Source of the DNA: Eledone cirrhosa
Lineage: Eukaryota
Reading direction: 5' to 3'
Assembly: GCA_964016885.1 (NCBI GenBank)
Contig: OZ024759.1
Span: 13,888,001-13,952,000, forward strand
Length of the DNA: 64,000 bases
The notes beneath the pieces were generated by a model. It worked only from the letters and a program-made list of their open reading frames with translations, did no database searches and was not told the origin of the DNA. The first letter of the stretch is position 1; the number at the start of each line of letters is the position of its first letter. Made by a program: the position numbers and the translations under genes. Below, in pieces: positions 11,981 through 26,240 of this stretch.

Positions 11981-14900
11981 AAACATGATTCAGGACAGGA
12001 GTGTCAAACATGTGGCTCACAGCCAAACAATTTTTTGTGACTAATATTTTCCTAAAACTTGGTAATTTGGAAAATTTCTGCCCCTACATTTTGTAGCACT
12101 TCCCATATCTCAAGTACTACCGTATGTCTATTAATTTTGATGGAAACAAATAGCAGACTATCAGCTGTATTGTAGATTAACTTTATAACTGGTGGACATC
12201 ATTTTTTGACCCAATGTGCCTCAATCACAGAACATATGGTCCTATTGATCCACTGTACCTCAACCACAGAACATATGACCTTTTTGAGTCACTGTATCTC
12301 AACCACAGAACATATGACCTTTTTGAGTCACTGTATCTCAACCACAGAACATATGACCTTTTTGAGTCACTGTATCTCAACCACAGAACATATGACCTTT
12401 TTGAGTCACTGTACCTCAACCACAGAACATATGACCTTTTTGACCCACTGTATCTCAACCACAGAACATATGACCTTTTTGAGTCACTGTACCTCATCCA
12501 CAGAACATATGACCTTTTTGAGTCACTGTACCTCAACCACAGAACCTATGACCTTTTTGAGTCACTGTACCTCAACCACAGAACACATGACTCTTTTGAG
12601 TCACTGTATCTCAACCACAGAACATATGACCTTTTTGAGTCACTGTACCTCAACCACAGAACATATGACTCTTTTGAGTCACTGTATCTCAACCACAGAA
12701 CATATGACCTTTTTGAGTCACTGTACCTCAACCACAGAACATATGACCTTTTTGACCCACTGTATCTCAACCACAGAACATATGACCTTTTTGAGTCACT
12801 GTATCTCAACCACAGAACATATGACCTTTTTGAGTCACTGTACTTCAACCACAGAACATATGACCTTTTTGACCCACTGTATCTCAACCACAGAACCTAT
12901 GACCCTTTTGAGTCACTGTCCCTCAATCACAGAACATATGGTCCTATTGATCAACTGTACCTCAACCACAGAACATATGACCCTTTTGACCCACTGTATC
13001 TCAACCACAGAACATATGACCCTTTTCACTCACTGTGCCTCTACCCCAGAAGATATGACCCTTTTGAGTCACTGTACCTCAACCACAGAACATATGAACC
13101 TTTTGACCCACTGTATCTCAACCACAGAACATATGACCCTTTTGACTCACTGTACTTCTACCCCAGAAGATATGACCATTTTGACCCACTGTACCTCAAC
13201 CACAGAAGATATGACCCTTTTGATCCACTATATGTCAACCACAGAACACATGACCCTTTTGACCCACTGTACCTCTACCCCAGAACATATGACCCTTTTG
13301 ACCCACTGTACCTCAACACTGAGTTTGAGACTCTTGGGTTATGGTTAAATGAAGATTGATAGATAAGAAAGAGAGAGATAAAAATTAGGGTCAATGCTGG
13401 CTCTTTGACAAATTCCTCGGGCAAAGAGATAGAGACTCTATTAGAGTCTCCCATTACACTCCCTTGCCTCACTTCTTTATCTAACTAGACGCTGTCTATC
13501 TCTACGATTTCCTCATTCAACATTTGAAAAGCTGTGTGTGTATATCTAACAAGACCTTGTCTATCTCTACATTTTCCTCATTTGACATTTGAAAAGTTGT
13601 GTGTATATATCTATGTATTGTTGTTATTGGTGTGGTAGTTGTGGTTGCTGTTATTCAGATTAAATAAATTAAAAAAACACACAGAAACATTACTATTTCT
13701 TTGATGTTTCAACATGTTTATCTATTTGATGTAATTTTTATTTTTTATGTGTGTGTTTCTTGTACAGATGTTACAGCACACAATGAAAAGGAGATTAAAT
13801 AATCATGATGATGATAATAATAACAACAATAAAGTCACGATAAGACTCACCTATTCATATCAGGATATCTACCCTCCTTTACAAAACTAGAAGAAAAAAA
13901 AAAATAGAAAAACATAAGCATAGAAAGCATGTTATTATTGTTCTTAATATTGATGTGTATGTTTTTTAACGTCTGCAGAAGGATTTACATAAAGAAATGA
14001 TGACAAGGAAAACAACTGAAGCAAGAAATAATATTCTAAATCAATCGGATATACAAATAAAATGTTCAAATCTTTAGTTATAATAAATGTAAGCAACCTA
14101 TAAGAAAATAAAAGTTGAAAATCAAGCTTTGTGTTTTGTAGAGCTCTGGTTTTCCGCTGTGTCAGATGGCTGGGTTCAACTGGTGTATTTTGCTTGTTTT
14201 GTTGGATATTAAACAAACAAATGAAAATAATATCGAAAAAAAAAAGAAAACATGCAAAAAAAAATGAATAAAAAATGAAATAAAAATGAAAAATGAATAA
14301 CAAATGGAAAAATATGAATAAGGAACAAAAAGGAAAAAAGAATAAAAAATAAAAAAATAAAAAAGAATGAAAAATGATAAAATGGATTTAAAAATTTATG
14401 GCCAAATGGATGGAAACAAATTTTGAAAATAATGACTAAATACTCAATAAAGTGTGAAGCTCGGAGATCAGAGAGTCACTCCAGGTAGAGCGGCTACTTC
14501 TCCGAAATGAGAGGTCACAACTACGGCCATGTGGTTAGAATGTCTCAGGAAAGAATCACTGGACAGATTTTACGGGCAAAACCAGCCAGCATAAAACCTA
14601 GGGGTAGGCTCTGAACAAGATGGTTGGATAACATTAGATAACATCCATGAGCTTGGTTGGTCTCGCTTGGGGATCCAGCCAGATCGGTTGGAAATGGTTG
14701 CTTCTGACAGGACTTGCTGGTGGGAGTGTTTGAAGAAGAAGAAGAAGAAGAAGGCAAAGAAGAAGAAGAAGGCAAAGAAGAAGAAGGCGAAGAAGAAGAC
14801 TAAATAAAAAAAAACAAAGAAGATAAAAAAGTACTAACTCGGTAAGTTGTAGCGAAGGCTGGAGTTCTTGAATCTCATCCTTACGGGTTAGTTTGAATTT

Positions 14901-17900
14901 AACGCTGGCAAGGTCTTCCACAGCAACAGACTGGTCCTCAATGAAGCCCATCTCGTCAGCATGGCAACTAACTAGGCCTTCAAAATGCAAGAAGACCCCA
15001 ATCTTGTAGATCTGTTCGAGAAACTCTACATTCTCAAGGTTCTCGTAGATCTTGGTAATAAAGCCAGCGGTGGCCACAGTTAGCTGAAAACAGCGGAAGA
15101 TGGTTGGTTGTGGTATCATCATCATAAGCATCAACAACATAAGCATCATCACCATCATCATAAACATCATTAACACCTCCATTATAACCATCATCATAAC
15201 CATTACAATTATCAACACCATCATCATCATAACCATCACAATCAGCAACACCATCATCAACACCATCATCATAACCATCATAACCATTACAATTATCAAC
15301 ACCATCATCATCATAACCATCACAATCATCAACACCATCATCAACACCATCATCATAACCATTACAATCAGCAATAACATCATCATAACCATCACAATCA
15401 TCAACACCATCATCATAACCATCACAATCATCAACACCATCATCATAACCATCACAATCAGCAACAACATCATCATAACCATCACAATCATCAACATCAT
15501 CATAACCATCACAATCATCAACACCATTATCATAACCATCACAATCATCAACACCATTATCATAACCATCACAATCAGCAACACCATCATCATAACCATC
15601 GCAATCAGCAACACCACCATCATCATCATCATTTCATTTTACGTCCGCTTTTCCCTGCTTGCAAGGGTGGGACGGGAACTGATTCTGGCTTGATTTCTAC
15701 AGCTGGATGCCCTTCCTAACACCAACCTCATTTACAGTGAGTGCTGGGTGCTTTTTTGCCGTGGCACCTCCACGACCACTTTGCAGTGGAATGATAGGGA
15801 CCCCAGTCCTATCATCTCATTTCTACAGCTGAGTAAACTGGAGCAATGTGAAATAAAGTGTCTTGCTCAAGGAAACAACACATCACCCAGTCTGAGAATT
15901 GAACTCACAACCTTTCGATTGCAAGGCCAATGCTCTAACCACTAAGCCATGTACCTCCATAACCATCACAATCAGCAACACCATCATCATAACCATCACA
16001 ACCAGCAAGAACATCATCATAACCATCACAATCATCAACACCATCATCATAACCATCACAATCAGCAACACCATCATCATAACCATCACAATCAGCAACA
16101 ACATCATCATAACCATCACAATCAGCAACACCATCATCATAACCATCACAATCAGCAACAACATCATCATAACCATCACAATCATCATAACTATCACCAT
16201 CATCATCACCATCATCATCATAACTATCACAATCATCATCACCATCACAACTATCATCATAACCATCACAATCGTCAACACCATCATCACCATAACTATC
16301 ACAATCATCATCACCATCACCATCATCATTACCATCACCATCATGATAACCAACCCAATCATCACCACCATCATTAACATCCCCATTATCATAACCATCA
16401 TCAACATCATCATCATTACAATCATCAATGCCATCATCATCATAACCATCACAATCGACAACACCATCATCATAACTCATAACCATCACAATTATCATCA
16501 CCGTCACCATCATCATAACCATCGCAATCATCAACACCACCATCATAACCAACACCATCATAATCATCATTACCACCAACAGCCATAACCATCACAATCA
16601 TCATCATCATAACCATCACATCCATCACCATCATCAACACCATCATAATCATCATCACCACCATCAGCCATAACCATCACAATCAACATCATCACCATCA
16701 CCATAACCATCACAATCGACAACACCATCATCATAACTCATAACCATCACAATTATCATCACCGTCACCATCATCATAACCATCACAATCATCAACACCA
16801 CCATCATGACCAACACCATCATAATCATCATTACCACCAACAGCCATAACCATCACAATCATCATCATCATCATCATAACCATCACATCCATCACCATCA
16901 TAATCATCATCACCACCATCAGCCATCGACAACACCATCATCATAACTCATAACCATCACAATTATCATCACCGTCACCATCATCATAACCATCACAATC
17001 ATCAACACCACCATCATGACCAACACCATCATAATCATCATTACCACCAACAGCCATAACCATCACAATCATCATCATCATCATCATAACCATCACAATC
17101 ATCACCACCATCAACACCATCACAATCATCAACACCACCAACAGCCATAACCATCACAATCAACGCCATCACCATGATAAGTCATACTCACTGCTTGACA
17201 GAAGGACATATCTCTTCTATATTTGATTGTTTGTAACATAGGGACATGTTCTCGGTTCTCCTGCAAAATAAAGTTCCACCATATTTTTATCAAAATAACG
17301 GATATATTACATATATAACAGTGGGATAATCTGAAACACACACACACCCACTATATATATATATATAAATAAAAATGGCGAGCTGTGTGGTTGCAGTCTA
17401 AACTATAATAAAGAAAGGAGTGCGGGACTACGTCCAGAATATATTCTTTTACCCCGTTTGTAAAATAAGTTGGATTACTTTGAATAAATAATGAATGAAT
17501 ATTACATAATTTATCTATTAAATTTTGTGGCTGTTGATTAAATATATTTTATAGCTTATTTAAAGATTCACTTCTTTAAAATTGTGAAATGTCAACACTT
17601 CCGGTTAGCGGCCGTTATATTATAACACTTATAATCGCATATATTTCCGTCGCTAATTTTCTCCTAATGCAGTTTATATATAATATCGTCTTTTTTTAAA
17701 TGTATCATGGATTACGTTACTAATTACAGAAGACAGTGTAACACAGTCTTCGTTCAATTTCTGTGTATATTGTCAATTACATGCATATATATTTGTGTAT
17801 AATATCAATATACACACTACACATGCTAGCAGAAAACCACCCGAAAGGTGGTTTTTCTGCTAGTTAAGTATAATGAAAAATAAAAGTTACGGGCGAAAGA

Positions 17901-19692
17901 AAGGAGTATCCTCGTCAGTTGTCTACTAGGAATCATTGGTATTTCTTCGCGTTAGAGACAATATACCTCAGCCTAGGGCGAACAATAACTAAAATAAGTT
18001 ATGGGGATAAAAGAAAGGGGAGGGGAGAAAAACATGTAAACAGACACGAAGGATGAAGCAATGTAAAGAGAGGAAATATAGGAAAATATCAAGTCAACAA
18101 CTCATTTCGAATGTAAGAACTGGCGAATTTTGACGAGAGTGAAAAAAGACACGTCTTTTCCCACCTTGAACATATAGATCGGAGCTCTACGATACACAAC
18201 AAACTATGTAAAGATTCACCGCTATCAACAGACCCTAGAGGTCTACAGAGATACAGAGAGATCAGAGCCCTACTACTACAGACCCGCTATGTGAAAGATA
18301 TTCCGCTATCTACAATCAATTACAGACCATTACTATCTCTCACTCACTATGGTCTCAGACTCACGATGAAAACTACTATGACGACTGCAACAAACTTTAA
18401 CCACCAACAAACTTTATCTCGTTGCTCGCTGTTTTCATATCAACAACAAAATAATATTGTCAACCTTCGCAACTCTTGGTAACTGTTTTATTGTAGTTTT
18501 TAATTGATTCACGTGAAGTAAACCATATAATGTAAGTAAACCCAGTAATGTACTGGGGTAATTGCTGGCCTTGTGCCTAAAGTAGAAACAATTATTTTTT
18601 GTAATATATCAAATCAAAATTACATTATTAAACCTTATTCTTATTTTGTTTCTTGTATTTAATTTTTTCCAAAATATCAATTCAAAACTTTTGTGAATAG
18701 ACATCATATCTCGTCATTTACCTCTATGGTTTAAATTTCATATAAATTGAAGAGAAAAAAGTTTCAGCGGGGCTTTTTAGCCCCGGGGAACCTTTTGATT
18801 AAAATTAAATATACTTATCAAAGTACCATGGGCAATGTAGTTTCAGAATGTATATGGTTATGGGGGCCTATCTCCAAAACCATAGGAGGAGTTCTTGAAC
18901 AAACAAACAAACAAACAAACAGACAGACAGGAACTACAACTTTATATATATATATAGATACATACGTACCAGCAGTAGTAAGATGAACTACTACTACCAC
19001 CACCACCGCCACCACCACCACCACCGCCACCACCACCACCGCCACTAACAGATCATAAGGGAAGTATATATATATACATACCAGCAGCAGTAGGAAGGTG
19101 AGAGAGAGGTTTGCTCGTTTGAAGAGTATCTCAATAAACTTCTGGAGTTCAATGACCCGGGGACTGATCTCACTCAACCACTTGGGAATGTCCATGGGGT
19201 TGTTCTTATTCTGGATCAAATCCTCAACAAGGGACATCAAACACATCGTAGCTGCCTCCGTGTTCACACAAGACATGTCCTGCCATTAGGAAACAAAACA
19301 TAGCTCTCATATTACAATTGTGATGAGGATGATGATGGTGATGGTGATGGTGATGGTGATGGTGCAAACGATGTAGATGATGATGATGGTGATAGTGTTA
19401 GTGATGATGATGATGATAGTGTTAGCGATGATGATGTTGATAGTGTTAGTGATGAGAAGTGTTAGTGATGATAGTGTTAGTGATGATGATGATGATAGTG
19501 TTAGTGATGATGATGATGATGATAGTGTTAGTGATGATGATGATGATGATAGTGTTAGTGATGATGATGATAATAATAATTATTTCTACTTTTGGCACAA
19601 GGCCAGCAATTATCCCAGTACATTACTGGTACTTTATTTCATCGACCCCGTAAGGATGAAAGGCAAAGTTAACCTCGGCGGGTTTTACTTTG

Positions 19693-19729
<37 letters not shown>

Positions 19730-19847
19730 AATATTGTGTACAGTGCTCAGGTGCACTACAACTCATCAAAAAGTGTATGTATAGTACATAGGGTAATGTA
19801 CAAACGTCAGGAGACGACAATGAAAATAATGATGATGATGATAACAG

Positions 19848-19881
<34 letters not shown>

Positions 19882-20686
19882 ATTGATGATGATGATGATG
19901 ATGATGATGGCATCAGTGATGGTGATGAAGATAATGGAAACTAAAGAATGACGTACCCAAGGTTCCATCGTTGGACTCCTTACAAAATTACTGCCAGTCC
20001 AACGCCAGTTGTTACTGTCAGACCCTTTGTTATCATCAGAAACACCAGGTTCTGTCTGAAGGAGATTGGATGATGGTGCTGTGGCTGTGGAGGTGTTACC
20101 AGTGGCAGTCAGTTGGTTCTGTGAAGACATCTGCAAGGCCATTGCAGCGTTTGATGCCTCAGCCCTTGCCCTCATGTGCTGTGCTGAAGCCTCGTTGAAT
20201 ATCGGATTGTCACACAGTTTGACAAGTTCTTTGACCTGTGAAATGGAGCATATTATATACACATACATATACACACATACATACACACACACACACATGC
20301 GTGTATGTGTGTGTGTTTAATCAAAGTGCAAACAGAAATAACAAAGAAAAAAGACACAGTACAATAAAGAAATATATTAGTTTTACACTTGGTATACTAG
20401 GAAAAGAGTCTCGACATTTCGAACGCTAGTCCATCATCAGAAAATAGAATGAAAAATTAAAGAAGAAATAGAAAAATAGGAGAGTGAGCCATAGCAGAAA
20501 CGAAAAGAAATGTCTTTGAGGAAAACAGGTCTACAGAGAAATATATATGTGTGTGTGTGTGTGTATATATATTGTTATACTTTGGGAGGGTCATGTTGCC
20601 AATATATATATATCTTTCTCTCTCACTCTCTCTCTCTCTCTATATATATATACATATCTATATGTATGTGTGTATCTATTTATTTA

Positions 20687-20745
<59 letters not shown>

Positions 20746-21268
20746 TTTTTGAATTTGTATTGCAAGTTTCTTTATCTGAAAACAGGTGTTGAAACAGATA
20801 TTATTATACTTTGGGAGGGTCATGCTACCAATAAAAACACATGCACCTGTTGGTTATCACTTCCATCTATTACAAATTTCCGGTCGGTTGATTTATATAT
20901 TGCTCTTTCGTCACACATTCTGTGACCTCCTCAATGACTGATTTCTTATTTTGTGTCTCTCCTTTGTTCTGTTCTACACCATCTTGTTTTTGTGTAGGAC
21001 AGAACAAAGAAGAGACATTATATATATATATTGCAGATGATAGGGTGCTTATACTTGTTATGTGGTAACATCTTGAGGATAAGCCACCGGCTCAAACGAT
21101 CCAAAAGCACTTCATGTCAGTAATTTGTCCCACCTAAAAGTTACTTCACCATAATTACTTTATTGCATTATATATATTTCTATGCAATGGTTATGCATGT
21201 GACTCCATCAGCTGCTCATACAATCATTAGGTGCAGTTATGCAATCTACCTTTAGCAAGCTATTTTTG

Positions 21269-21319
<51 letters not shown>

Positions 21320-21966
21320 TTAAAAAAAAGCCCTTTAGAAGAATGGTACTATACATATATTATTATAACAGTTTTGGAAATAACATAAAGGGCTGATTTA
21401 CTTTTTACTTCGTGGAAGTCAAAAATAGAACAATGCATATATTACCGGAGATACGAAGGTTGTTGATGGTTCAGGTGAGTAGATTGAGACCAAAGTGGGT
21501 GCTGGAGTTTGCTCTTGGTATATTTTACTTCACATGTTGTGAGTAAACTTAAAAGGTTGGAGAAGGAAGTCCATCTTCTCACGAGTGCTGGTAGGTACCA
21601 AAGAGAGAGAATGCATGGGGACGTAACTCCGATTACCTCTTGTAGGTAACACTAGGGATCACTACCGTCCCCAAGGGACGTAACTCTCATGAGTTCTGGA
21701 TTTCACCGCTAGGGGTCACTACAGCCCACATGGCTAAGTCTTTAGAATGTTAATTCAATAATGATGGGGGCACACAGGACAAAGACAATGGAAAACACAA
21801 ATTGATAACAGGCAGTCCTATGTCCTCAGCCAACCTCTGAAAATCACTATGGTTTTGGTTTGTTAAGGTTGAGACCTTTCATTGCAGTTTACATAAAGAC
21901 TGTCCATTTTTCAGTTGTTTTTTCCATTGTCCCTGTCATGTGCCCACTCCTATTTAGTATATATAT

Positions 21967-22029
<63 letters not shown>

Positions 22030-24436
22030 CAATCACTCACACACAGTTACACAAACACAGGAAGATGGAAGAAGAAGAAGAAAAATAAAAAGAAAAAGAA
22101 AAAGAAAACAACAACAATATTCACCTGTAAATTCAATTGTTCCATTGCCTCTTTAAGTTCTGCTGCTGTTCCTTGCATGGCAACACGACACAGTCGAGAA
22201 CAACGGAGGTGAACTGTATGTTTTAGAGATGCAAGACAGTTGAGTAAATGACACGCCCTCTCTAGTTTTGAAGGTTTACCATGGCAACCCTCAGGAGCAC
22301 GCATCTCCCTCAGATCCTCCAGAATACGGAGGAGGCCACCACTCTTGAACTTCTGTGAGAAAGCTGCTAGGGAGCCATGAGTGATGGTGTCATAACAACA
22401 GGCTGGAAATAGAAATGGCATTGTGTTAGGATTTTAGGGGTCAGGGTTATGGGATTGTGAGTGATAGTTGTTATGGGCTAGGATTAGCTGGTTCGGGTTA
22501 ATGGTTTAGTATGAATGTTAAAGGATTGGGGCTGGGCAGGCTAGGGGTTTAGGGTTAGCGCCAGGCAGGATAGACGTTAAGGGTTAGGGATTAGTGCTGG
22601 GAAAGGTAACAGTCTTTGCCACCAACCCAACACAGGTAAGTCTAACCCACCAACCCAGCACATGTAACAGTCTTCCCCACCAACCCAGCACAGGTAACAA
22701 TCTATTACTCACCTGTGTTGGTGTTCTCATCAACCAACTGCATCCTCTGCAGGTGGAGGTTGATTGGGACAAATTCATACTCCTTGTCACCTTTAATGCT
22801 GCTGGCCTTGAACAATGACTCTAGAATAACAACGACCATCATATTGAAGAAGAAGAAAAAGAAGAAGAAGAGGAGGAGAGGAAGAAGAGGAAGAGGAAGA
22901 AGAAGAGGAGGAGGAGGAGAAGGAGAAGAAGAAGAAGAAGAAGAAGAAGAAGAAAAGGGAGGAGGAGGCAATGAAAAAATGAGAAAAAAGAAAAAAACCT
23001 TTCCTTTTTATTAAATAAATTAAATAAAATTAATAAATTGATAAAAATTATAATTTAGAAATAAAATTAATAAATTGATAAAAATTATAATTTAGAAATA
23101 AAATTAATAAATTAATAAAAATTATAATTTAGAAATAAAATTAATAAATTGATAAAAATTATAATTTAAAAATAGAATTAATAAATTGATAAAAAATTAT
23201 AATTTAAAAATAAAATTAACAAATAAGAGAGCAGACAAAAAAGAATTTTTTAAAGTGAAAATGATAAAAAAATAATTTCTATATGAAAACCAATCCAAAT
23301 AAATAATTATCATAGGTCATGCCTAAATTTAATTAGAGCACATCACATAAATTTAATTATAGCACATTGCATAATGATGAATATCACATACATTGTTTTA
23401 TTTGATTATTCAAAAGATAGGGAGAACTGAATATTCAGCTATCTCAAAGACATGACAACCTCCCTAGTGTTGTGGATCTACACAATAAACACACCAACTA
23501 CATCATGTAAGGTGGTTGGTGATAAGAAGGGCATCCAGCTGTAGAAATCCTGCCAAACAGGGTCAGGAGAATCTTTCAGCTGTGTGAAATTCATGATAAC
23601 CTCCTTTGTGCTTGCTGGTGCCATGATAAAATGATACATTAATATATATGTGTGTGTGTGTGTGTGTTTGTGTGTGTATAATATATATATATATATGTGC
23701 ATTATGTGTATTATGTGCATTATGTATATATATGCAAAAAGCAATCGGAAACAACAGAGCAAACAACACAGTGCAATGAAGAAATATATTAGTAGTTTAA
23801 TGCTTGATACAGTAGGAAAAGAGTTTTTTACGTTTCAGACACAAGTCCTTCATCAGAAGATAAAAGATGAAATAGAAAGAAGATGGAGAGTGAAAAGGGA
23901 AGGAACAGAAAAAAACATTTTTTTGAGAAAAAGCACGTGAGTATTCACAGTCATTAGTGACACACTCTACACAGACAATTTCAATTTAACTAGAGTAGAA
24001 ATTTCAAATATTCAAAAGTTCAATGCAGGTCAATATATATTTTGTAATAATTAACACACACATAAATAATCTTGAATGAAAACAATTCAGCCAATCAGTG
24101 CAAAGAAAAATAATCTAAGCTAATCAAAAGCTTTACAAAATTAAGAAGAAAAAAGAAAGAAATTTAGTAGATGATGCACAAGAAGCCAAGCTGAAGGTTG
24201 ATGGATAGAGAAAGTCTCTAATGATTCATGATAAATGTTTGTGGTCAATACACTATCAAGACTATACATGTATTTTACAACTTTACTCTGCCTATGGTTT
24301 ATACTGGGGTTATATATATATATTTATATATTTAATTAGAAAATAAACAACACAAAATATAACTACACCATTACCAAAGGTTTCTGGATCCCAGACAATA
24401 TTAATATACGTCTGGATTGGTCATCAGACAGAGATG

Positions 24437-24479
<43 letters not shown>

Positions 24480-25441
24480 TACATATATATATACATATAT
24501 ATAATATATAATACATATATATATTTAATATATATAATACATATATATATATATTTAATATATATAATACATATATATATATTTAATATATATAATACAT
24601 ATATATATATTTAATATATATAATACATATATATATATTTAATATATATAATACATATATATATATATTTAATATATATAATACATATATATATATATTT
24701 AATATAAATAATATATATATATATATATATACTTCTTCTTCTTCATCTTAGTTGTGAGAGGGTCGTGGAGGCAAAGTTCTCAGAAGTAATCTTATCACAG
24801 TGGGCCGGATGGATCACTAAGTGAGACCAACCAAGATTATGAATGTTATCCAACCATCTTGCTGGCAGTCTACCTCTGGGTTTCCTTCTGGTTGAGTTTG
24901 CTCATAAAATCTGTCCAGTGACTCTTTCCTTAGACATTCTAACCACATGTCTGTAGTATCTGAGCTGTGATATAAAAGTGGGAATTGTTTAGTTATTCAA
25001 TTAATGAGCCTATAACTTCACTTCATTGCTTTTTTTTTCAGGTTTGTCAGTTCATCAATTGGGATAGGGTTCAGATTAGATTTAATGGGTCGTTGCAAGG
25101 TTTGCTTATGGCAGTTCAGGTTCAGGTTCAGGTAGTTGAGCATGTGGTTTATTTTGATGTATGTGTGTGTACCCTGTGTCAGGGTTGTTGGGGTATAGGT
25201 AGGAAGTAGTTTCTGGTGGTTGTACTGATTATGTGTGAGTACAATGTCAATTACATAACAGGGTTCTGGATGCTGCAAAGTAATACAGAAACTACATATT
25301 ATGACATCTGAAGCCTGATGACATCTATCACCCCCACTCTAGTAATTGGAGCAGGTTGGTTGTTATTTATCTGACAGGACTGGAGTATGGTTTGGAAAGA
25401 TAATTTATGGCTGGTGTGGTATGGTTTGGTGAATAGGATCA

Positions 25442-25489
<48 letters not shown>

Positions 25490-26209
25490 CAAAATTTCAC
25501 ATGAAAATACCTTAATATGTGAGATGAACATAAACATCCATCTTTTCAGCTACTCACTGGGCAATGTAATTGCGTGCATATATATATATATATATGCATG
25601 AAATTGCAATGACCAGTGAGTATGTATATGTATATGCAAAAAGGAAACTGAAACCACAAAGCAAACAACACAGTCCAAAGAAGAAATATATTAGTTTAAT
25701 GCTTAATATAGTAGGAAGAGAATCTTTATGTTTCTGACACTAGTCCTTCACCAGAAAATAGAATGAGAAATAAAAAATAAAATAGAAGGATAGAGAGTGA
25801 GATAAGGAAGGAAGTGGAAAACGGTTTTTTTATGTATTCTGTCAGCCATTTTGAAGAATGTATCTACATATAGTATTTATATTAACAGTTTGACCTATGG
25901 CTGCATTACCAAGAGTTTACAGAAGTAAATACATTTATTTCATATCAGATGTATTGAAAAAATAGAGATTAATGCCTCTGGAAACCGTTGGTAATGTAGA
26001 AAATATCAAACTGTTAATATATATGTAAGTTAAGTGTGTAACTACAGTTCCAGGTAGCTTGCTGTTTGAAGCACTCAACTCGGATCTAGCTGTTGAAATG
26101 ACAGGAGCTCAGCCGTCGGGGTCCCGAATCCTTCATATTACCCACTCTACTACCCCAAGTCTCGAGTAGTCTGGTGAGTAATGGTCTAACTGGCTTTTAC
26201 TGCATCCAT

Positions 26210-26240
<31 letters not shown>

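Noticed and set aside
12206-13359. 380-aa repetitive ORFs as protein-coding genes
   Set aside because: They result from a 39-bp unit without stops in two frames; there is no non-repetitive domain or ATG context, and they lie antisense in an intron.
15100-17175. Poly-His, Ile/Thr, Met/Val and Asp-rich ORFs (also 29520-30230, 42480-42910, 50079-50534, 60062-60513)
   Set aside because: They are translations of trinucleotide microsatellites.
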